A stretch of 64,000 nt of DNA from the human T2T-CHM13v2.0 reference genome, Homo sapiens. Positions within the stretch are counted from its first letter, which is position 1. Every line of letters starts with the position of its first letter. Shown here one piece after another: positions 53,040-64,000 of the stretch. The notes below the pieces were generated by a model that was given only the letters and a program-made list of their open reading frames with translations, had not been told where the DNA came from and ran no database searches. Made by a program: the position numbers and the translations under genes. Location: assembly GCF_009914755.1 (NCBI RefSeq), contig NC_060935.1; one strand, 5' to 3'.

Positions 53040-53312
53040 GGCTGGGCGCGGTGGCTCACACCTGTAATCTCAGCACTTTGAGAGGCCCAGGCGGGTGGAT
53101 CCCTTGAGGTCAAAAGTTTGAGACCAGCCTGCCCAATACGGCGAAACCCCGGCTCTACTAAAAAAATAAATAAATAAATAAATAATACAAAAATTAGCCG
53201 GAAATCGCTTGAACCCAGGAGGCAGAGGTTGTAGTGAGCCAAGATCATGCTACTGCACTCTAGCCTTCATGACAGAGCAAGACTCCGTCTCAAAAAAAAA
53301 AAAAAAAAAAAA
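53040..53312 (+). mobile_element. AluS with internal right-arm deletion and TAAA-expanded linker
   Basis: ttagccgg|aaatcgcttgaacc junction; TSD aaaagtgaaRgYga. Confidence 0.92.
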
Positions 53313-53987
53313 GTGAAGGTGAAATCAGAGAAACCAGTATGCCAGGGCATTGACCAACAGGCTACTGTTGAAAATGCCGGCGTTATCTCAGCCTAAAATG
53401 TACAGTATGAGCCGTGTGTGGCTAGACTGTCTTTGAAATGAGTGCCCAGTCACTCGAGGACACACTTTTCAGTCCTGAAAGTCAGGAGTGCCACTGCAAA
53501 CACACAAGCAGCCGGCATCGACTCAATGATGAGACAACCGCCTTGCAGACAATGCAACGCCTCGTTTCCTGGGAGGGGTGTACAGGCACGCACCTGCTGT
53601 GTACGTATTTCCTTTGAAAACTGTAAAGTGCTATAATTAACATGATATGTATCGTCTTCCTGGAGCTGTGAAACAATTCATGACCCACTGGGTTTTGTTG
53701 TTAGTGCTTTCACTGTATTTTGATAAGACGGTCCTGTGTAAAGACGCTGTATCAACATTTGCCTGGAGACGTAGTTCACAACCCTAAGAAGACTCAGGTC
53801 CTTACCCTGACAGCACGCCTCAGAGAGTTCGGCATGTTGTAAGGCAACAGCCAGCTGCACTCAGGGCCTCTGCGTGGTCGAGATGTTCTTCCCCAGATGC
53901 CTGCAGATCTACCTGCCGGCCTCCATTCAGGCCTCTACACACACCCATACTCAGTGGGACCCTCCCTGGCCTGGCCCCTATCTGGCA

Positions 53988-54368
<381 letters not shown>

Positions 54369-54696
54369 TGATCTGGCATGATATATTTGCTTATTCTCTT
54401 TCTCCCCCATAAAAATATAATTTTCTTAAAAGCAGAGACTTTTTCAAAAAATCACTGTATCCTCAGCACTTCGACCTGCGTCCGAGGGATCGGAGGTGCT
54501 CCAGGAAATGCTGATTGGCTGACATCTTCCACTTTTCTAAATATTTTCCACTGGCCCTGAAAGACTCTATTAAACAGGAAAAATGCTTTGGCTCCTCCTG
54601 TCTCGGGCTCTAGGGAGTTATCCTTGTCAGGCGGTGCGAGGCATCATAGAGCATCTTCTACTTTATTGCAGGCCTTTAGATTCCTTCTGGTTCCTT

Positions 54697-55041
<345 letters not shown>

Positions 55042-55140
55042 TTAATTCCTCAAAAAATAAGACAATCTGGAAGTTCACAGGAAAAAATGAGGCACAGGGA
55101 AGATAGGGTTCAGAAAGTCAGATATTAAAAATAATATTTA

Positions 55141-55465
<325 letters not shown>

Positions 55466-55982
55466 TTAGAGATGGTTACTATGGGCAAGACACAGGCTGT
55501 TCCACCTGGTTTTGGTCACATGTTCTCCATGACAAACCTTGGGCTAGGTACTATCATGAACGACCACTTTACAGATGAGGAAACTGAGGCACAGAAAGGA
55601 AAGGGCGTCTGCCCAAGACGGCTGAGCTGGTTCAAGGTGTGCAGCAGTAGTCTCTTGGCCAGCAGAACCTCATGCTCTTGGCCCTGACCCCTGGACCCAG
55701 GGATGGGGGACCCACCTGTGGATGACCTGGAGCCCTAAGCACCTGCTCAGTGTACCTCCCCACATTGTCTCTGAGCCTCCCAGCAGCCAGTTCTAGGAGA
55801 GAAACACAAGCTGTTCTACAATTTATGGTGCCTGTGAAATCTGGCCACACCTGTGGCTCAGAAGGAAGATGCCAAGACCAGCAGCCTTCCGGGCAGGAGA
55901 GCTCTGCTCTCTGTGGGTCAGGATTCCTGGCTGCAAGCAACAGGATCGGAGTCCGGTTCTTATCTGAAAAAGACTAGGATGC

Positions 55983-56078
55983 CTCCGTCTCTAAAAAAAA
56001 AAAAAAAAAGAAGAGATTAGGACACACACACAGAGGAATGACCATGTGGGGACACAGGGAGAAGGTGGCCGTCTGCAA
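55983..56078 (+). repeat. Local copy of the AluY-tail/MLT1 junction at 57600-57718
   Basis: ctccgtctct-(A)n-..gagattaggacacacacacagaggaat..gaYcatgtggggacacagggagaaggtggccRtctgcaa at both sites; flanked by a 10-bp duplication AAAAAGACTA (55967-55976 and 56077-56086). Confidence 0.93.
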
Positions 56079-57207
56079 AAAGACTAAACTGCCCTGAGAG
56101 GCAGCTACGGAGGCAGCCTGGGAGGGGCTGGAGCTGGAGGGGCTGGCGTCCCACCCCACGCTGCTGCAGGACAACCCCACAACCGCACGTGGCTACCATG
56201 GCCACTGACGGCACCAAGGGAATCCTAACCTGCTCTCTCCGGGTCAGAGGCTGAGCCTCTCACAGGTGCACCCGACAGGCCAAGCCTGGGTCCCATGTCC
56301 ATGTTGTCCAGTTGGCCCAGCTGCCAGGGAGATGGAGCACTGGCCTCCCTACCCCCTCCCCACAGTGGGCTCTGTACCCATCAATCTGACACCAGTGGGG
56401 GATCCCCCAGATGGAAGGAGAGTTTGGTGCTGGACAGCCCCCCTCCCCAAAATGGCAAATGCCTACTACGCCCTCCCTGTGAGTCCCCAGAGGAGAGCTG
56501 CCCGTGGACCCACTAACAGCCACAGGCTCTCACTGTCTTTGAAGCGGGGGATGAGGGAGCTGGCACCTATCTGTACAAAGGAGGATTCTAAACTGAGGGA
56601 GCTGAGCAAGCCCCTGAGGACCACCCCTGGAGCCCCCTTCAGGGGTGATTTGGGCTCCTTCTAGCACAGAAGCTTGTGGGCAGTTGGGGTGCCAGAGGGA
56701 CACCCCCTCACTTGGTCCTAGGAAATGTGCAAACCATCCTTATGGGGTTTATCCCTCCCTCCACTGGCAGCTGTGGGACTCTGGCTCCGGGATCCGCTCT
56801 CCAGGACAAACTTCCACAAAGCAGCCCCCTGGTCTTGAAACCAGAGCTCACCAGCCAGCGAAACCTGTCACCACCTGGCAGGTAGTATAACCCACATTTT
56901 AGCGCAGCTGGTCCAGAATCCTATTGACTGGTAGGAGCACGGCAGTTGAACTTTGCATGATTTTGTTTTGGTTGATGGTGTTGCACACATAGGTGGGGAC
57001 AAAACACTCATGTACCATGCTGTGTTGAGACCCTCGGTGCCCCCAGCCCTGCCCTTGGCCTTGCTGTCCTCTGCGCCCTGGGGTGCGGGAAGGACTGGCC
57101 CTTAGGGACCGTGCCCGCCTGTCCCCACCATGCTCTGGGCCTTGGATGCACTGCTGGTTGCCCTTCACCTGGGCCGTGTCTCTGTAAATGGTCCTTTTAA
57201 TAAATCC

Positions 57208-57859
<652 letters not shown>

Positions 57860-59412
57860 GAGCCCCTGCAGAGAGAGTCACCTTGGCTGCCAGGCCCTGA
57901 CCGGCCCGGGCCATGACAATTACATGACGGCTAAGAATATCAGGGGCTTGAAATGGGTCAGGCCTGGTGTTTGCCGGGTTCCTGGCAGGGGTGAACGTCA
58001 TGTTCATCCCCCCGGGAGATGGCTGCTCCAGGGGCTGCTGTTAATCCTGGAAGATGGATGAGAATTCTGCTGAGGGTCTCGCAGTGAGTGATGAGGCCAG
58101 CCCCAGGCGGTCTGATGCACACTCACTCTCTTCTGCTTCTCTAAGCGTGAGGGAGCTCATCTTGCAGAGCAGGGAGGCGGCCAACCAGCTTGCCAGAAAT
58201 GGTGTGAAGTCCTTTAGGGTGAAATTAAAAGAGGGGGGGACAGGTGTAGCCCCCCAGGTGTCACCCAAGTTGTCATACCAACCCTGGCTTGCGTGACCCT
58301 AGCGAGTCCGGTTCTGTGTGCACGGTCAGTCAGAAGGTTCCAGTCCATCCCCAGTGGTCCCAGCCACCACACTCAAAGACCACGGAAGTAGTCCATATGC
58401 TGTAAGCACTCAGATGTTCTAAACCATGAAACATGGTCACGAATGGACAAGTCCCACCCACAACCCCAAGCTCCCTGCTTGCAGCGAGGGCCTGAGCACC
58501 TGGGCGTGCTGCCGACAGAGCAGTGGGCTGACAGATCCTGGTGTGAGTGGGTGGGGGGCAGGGTGACCCTTTCAAAATGAGATGGCCCCCAGCCCTCCCA
58601 GCCTGCAGAGCTGACAATGAGCAACCATCAGCCATGGTGGAAGTGTGGCCCTTAGGTCTGAGGACTGGGCATTGCCTGGCTCCTTCCCTGAGTGAGAGAT
58701 CCAATGCGTCCTAAGGGGGACAGTGCCCATCCCTGCCAGGGTGGCCTGGGGACACGGACTTACCCTCTGATTTCAAGGACAATGCAGCCAGCTCCTCACC
58801 AGGGGAGTCCCCCAGATGACTGCAGCCCCGAGGCTTTGTGTGCTGAGACCCAGCGCTCTGAAGACAGGGGCAGAGGCTGTGGCTGCTCTGAGCACTTTGG
58901 AGTGATCTGAGGTCGGGTTTAGCTTCTCCTTCTCAGATTCCCTTCAGATGTCTGGGAATGAATTATCTCCCCTCTCCAAAGCGGGGTTTTGTGAATGGTC
59001 CTCTCTTGAGGGGCTGTCATTTGCATACTGTGGCTGAGAGGGGGTCAAGGAAAGCTTCCCAAAGGGACACTTGAGGAGGGTTTCTGAGAGCAGAGGCGGG
59101 GCCGGTGTCCCCAGGGCAGCTTGGCCCAGTGTTTTCTTTCCCTGGGAACTGGCATCCCCTAACCCCACATTAAACCAGAGGCCGGGACCCTGGGGACAAA
59201 CGCTGCTCCCTGTGCAAAGAACCCACGTAACTCTGAGCTGTGCTGTCCTGGTTTCTGGAAGGGGGTGGCATTTGGAGCCACTCCGTGGGCCTTTTCACCA
59301 GGCTGCCACCTCGGGTCCGACGAAAACAGCAAGTGTTTTTGTTGGCAGAGCACCTCCGAGAGGGCCCAGCCCTAGAAGCGGATGGACTGGGTGCCTGCAG
59401 GCTACCTTCTGT

Positions 59413-59728
59413 GTTTTTTCTTGTTTTTTGGTTTTTGGTTTTCTTGAGACAGGCCTCACTCCCGGTAGTGCAGGCTGGAGTGCAGTGGCACGATCTTGGC
59501 TCACTACAGCCTTGACCTCCAGGGCTCAGGTGATCCTCCTAGCTCAGCCTCCCAGGTAGCTGGGACTACAGGTGTGCGCCAACACACCCAGCTAATTTTT
59601 GCATTGTTTTTAGAGGCAGGGTCTTGCCATGTTTCCCAGGCTGGTCTCCAAATCCTGACCTTAAGCAATCCTTCTACCCTGGCCTCCCAAAGTGCTGGGA
59701 TTACACGTGTAAGCTACCGCACCCTGCC
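59413..59728 (-). mobile_element. AluJ
   Basis: cagccttgacctccagggctcaggtgatcctcc. Confidence 0.9.
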
Positions 59729-60404
59729 CAGGCCTCCTTCTTGATTGTCCTATTTGTAAACTAATCTCCATGTGAGGTGTCCCCTCTCTTGAGTCATTCT
59801 CCCATGGACTCCTAGATGGAAGCCTAATCTCTCTATTCAGGACGAATTGAATTATTCCTGCAACCATGTGAGGAGAAAACCCCTCAAGTGTGTTCAATTA
59901 CAGAAAGCACTTTCTATATGAAGCTACCATCCTCAAATAATGACTTACAAGCCTATTTAGAGTTCGTAATCTCAACTCTGTCTTATTGCCAAGAGTCTTG
60001 GCATTGGTGCTATTTATGCTGAAACAACCAGGCTGTGTTTTCTTTGATCATATATTGAGTGTAAATATTTGCACCATTAATTAGAGTCAGTTTAATTCCA
60101 AAAACTCGAGCGATGCGGGCAACCTCTAATGGTAAACAGGCCTCTAGATGTTAGTCATACCTGCAAGATTCCATGCTGAGAGGCCTCCCTTGAGCCTTTC
60201 ACCTGTCTCAGCCCTACAAACAAACAAAGGTTGAAGAGAGGCCAAGGGTCCGGAGACAGATTTTGAACGTAGTGAATGACAGGGACTAAAGATGAGCTTT
60301 TTCCTATTATTTCCATACCCTTCTTTTTGCTCCTGGTAATAACATTTTGCAACTGGTGTATTGAGTTCACCCATGCCAATTCCAAATTCCAGAGAGATAA
60401 GCAG

Positions 60405-60600
60405 AAGGTTGGCATGGTGCTCTGGAAAGAGCTTTGGAGTTGACTAGAAATCTCTAGAATCAGTTGGACCCGGATTTTAATCCAAATTCTGCCGCTTACC
60501 AGCTGCATGGACTTGAGCAAGCCATTCTTCCTCTCTGCGTCAGTTTCCTGAGCTATAAATGGGGACAATAATTCATACTTCATACGAATGAGACAACAGA
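60405..60600 (+). mobile_element. MIR
   Basis: cttgagcaagccattcttcctctctgcgtcagtttcctgagctataaatgggg. Confidence 0.75.
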
Positions 60601-61162
60601 GATAAAAATAATAAAGTGGGTATTTAATTCTAGCTGTATGGCATTGCCCAGGCTCTCTGAGCCTGGGGACTCCTCCCTACATCTTAAAAGGAAGATATCA
60701 AGTATGCGGGACTCAGGGTCAGCTCACAAAGCCTGCGTAACACACAGAAGCAATCCTCATTCTTCCTTTTCCTCCAAATGCAGCAGCCCAGCCATGAGTG
60801 TCCTGCAAAACACTTTTAGGGGCAAAGGGAGCCAACGTGAAGTGGCACAAGAACTTGGCCAACAGGAGAATTGCAACACGTGGTGAGAACGTAGTTCACT
60901 TGCCCTTCTCTTTCTGTCTTTCGGGGATGTCATGGAGAAAGTCTCAGCTTGGTGCCAGGAGGTCCATCATGCCTCCATAGCACACCCGTCTCCCTGGCCA
61001 ACTGTGCCGTGCCGTGGTTCAGGGCCTCCCCAGGGTATCCCAGGGAATTGAATAACATTAGCTCATTTTTATGGTGCTTTATGAAACTTCCGTTCATGGC
61101 CAGTGCTTCTTCCTCTCCACTTTCAGTAGTGATATTGGGTTCTTTAAAAATAAAGTTCGATA

Positions 61163-61845
<683 letters not shown>

Positions 61846-61848
61846 TAT

Positions 61849-62158
<310 letters not shown>

Positions 62159-62289
62159 GAGTGACCTAGTGAGCTGGGTTAAAGAAAAATATGAAGGCAG
62201 TTATGGCACAGGAAGACCATGAATCTGGCTCAAACCAGGGACATGGAGCTTGGAAGACTGGCATTTTGGGAAACGCTGTGTTTCTACCT

Positions 62290-62540
62290 TACGGTAGCAG
62301 AGCACAAACTCTGGAGCTGGGCTGCTTATGTGCAAGCCCCACTCTCCCACTTACTGCTGTGTGACCTTGGGCAAGTCACTTCACCTCTCTGAGCCTCTGA
62401 TTCCTTATCTGTAAAGTAGGAATGATAGGAGCACGTACTACGTAGACTTGCTGCATGGATTCGATGAGCCGATATTTATTAAGCGCTTGGAACGGGGCCT
62501 GGCACACAATAAGTGCTCTCTAAGTGTTTGTTAAATAAAC
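62290..62540 (+). mobile_element. MIR, near full length
   Basis: ctgtgtgaccttgggcaagtcacttcacctctctgagcctc...gcctggcacacaataagtgctc. Confidence 0.9.
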
Positions 62541-62860
62541 AGACTTGCCTAAGGAGAAGCCCAGGCAGAGATCTTGCCTCTTCTGTCCAAGGGCCCCTCT
62601 GCAAGTTTAGCCTGCTTCAGCTGCAGGTCCTCTGTATCAGAGCGGAGGACTGTCACTCCAGCAACAGCGCTTTGCTGCTGGGAGCCCCTGGTATCAGTGG
62701 TGAGCAGCTGCCTCGGAGGCTGGGCTGACAGCAGCTGCCTCCAGCCCTCCTCCCCCGCTAGCCCTGCGCAGCCACTGAGCTCTCTGCCCAGCCCCACCCC
62801 AGCCCCTGCAGGCGCCTTCGTGGGCTCTCTCTAGTCCCTTCCAAAGACCCTTTGGAAACA

Positions 62861-63290
62861 GTCCAAATGGCTATCCATGAAGAAATGGATAAACAAATTG
62901 TAGTACACCCAGACCATGGAATATTATTCAGCCATAAAAAGAAATGCGATTCTGATACATGCTATAATGTGGAGCAAACTCCAAACATAATGAAAGAAGC
63001 CAGACACGAAAGACCATGTAATGTATGATTCCATTTATATGAAATGTCCAGAATGGATAAATCCATAGAGACAGAAGGCAGGCCAATGGTTGCCAGGGAC
63101 TGGGGGAGGGGGGAGATGGGGAGTGACTGCTAGCGGGTTCGAGCTGTACTCTGCGGGAATGGGAATATTCTGGATAGAAATGTGGGTGCTCAACACTGTG
63201 AATGCACTAAATGCCACCGAGTTGAACACTTAAAAATGATCAATTTTATCTTATGTGAATGTCACCCCAGTGAATTGTTTAATTACAATA
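62861..63290 (+). mobile_element. L1MB-type 3' UTR
   Basis: atggaatattattcagccataaaaagaaatg..tccatttatatgaaatgtccagaat. Confidence 0.85.
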
Positions 63291-64000
63291 AGACCCCCTT
63301 AACCCTGTTGAGTATAGCCACCAGGGGCCCCCGTTACTCGCCAGATGCCCCACCTGAACCTGCTACACTGGGCTGCTCCCATCCCTGTCTGGGTGCCCAC
63401 TTCTCCACCTTGGTGCTTCCACCCAGCCTCTGCCAGAACCCCCTAAAAGTCACCGTCCACCTTGAAAAACCCACCCACTCTCCGGTTGCCCCAGGGCAGG
63501 GGCCACCAAGAGCTCCAATCGGCTCTTCTGGGAGCAGCCTCCACCTGCATTTCAGTGTTCTACCACGTTTCCCTGTCTGACTAGGATGAATATGATGCAA
63601 ATAACAATGCCCTCTAATCCCTACAGCATGTCAGGTTTTGGGCTGGAAGCTGAATTCTTGTCCTATCCCTACAGAATTCCAACCTGTTGCCAAGACCCAT
63701 TTTACAGATGCACAAACCCGGGTGCTGAGAAGAAGCTTGTTCCAGACGGGACTGACTCTGTTAGGCTGCAGAGGCCGTAGGCCCGGCTTCTGCACCAGCT
63801 TGCTCACTCCTCCAGGCTGGAGGCTGGACCTGGAGGGCTGGGGCTTTGTTTTGCTCCCTTTGCGCCTCCCATTCCCCTTCCAACCTGAGAAAGGGCTCTA
63901 CCCATGGCAGGCATTCAAAGAGCCAAGCCGAACTGAAAACAGACTTCCTGAGATCATGCGAAATCAGCATTTAAATGACCTGTGGCCTTGTATGTGTTCT

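Overview
Primate (human or great-ape-like) genomic DNA from a GC-rich isochore. It is intronic or intergenic: I find no supportable protein-coding exon, RNA gene or CRISPR array, and cannot name the locus. The window is a mosaic of Alu (J, S and Y types), old L1 fragments, MIR/L2, MaLR/ERVL LTRs (MLT1, THE1, LTR33-like), hAT DNA transposons (MER20, MER45, MER5, MER94-like), micro/minisatellites and a few repeat-free, motif-rich candidate enhancers. Repeat family names are from recognition by eye and need RepeatMasker/Dfam confirmation. The most unusual signal is four independent short-range templated insertions. Each is a 95-186 bp copy of sequence lying 0.5-1.6 kb away (three direct, one inverted), each interrupts a TE scaffold, and their divergences differ. 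Also notable is a ~700 bp minisatellite whose unit mimics a fused 3'/5' splice site (pyrimidine tract-AG-(G)-GTGAGT).
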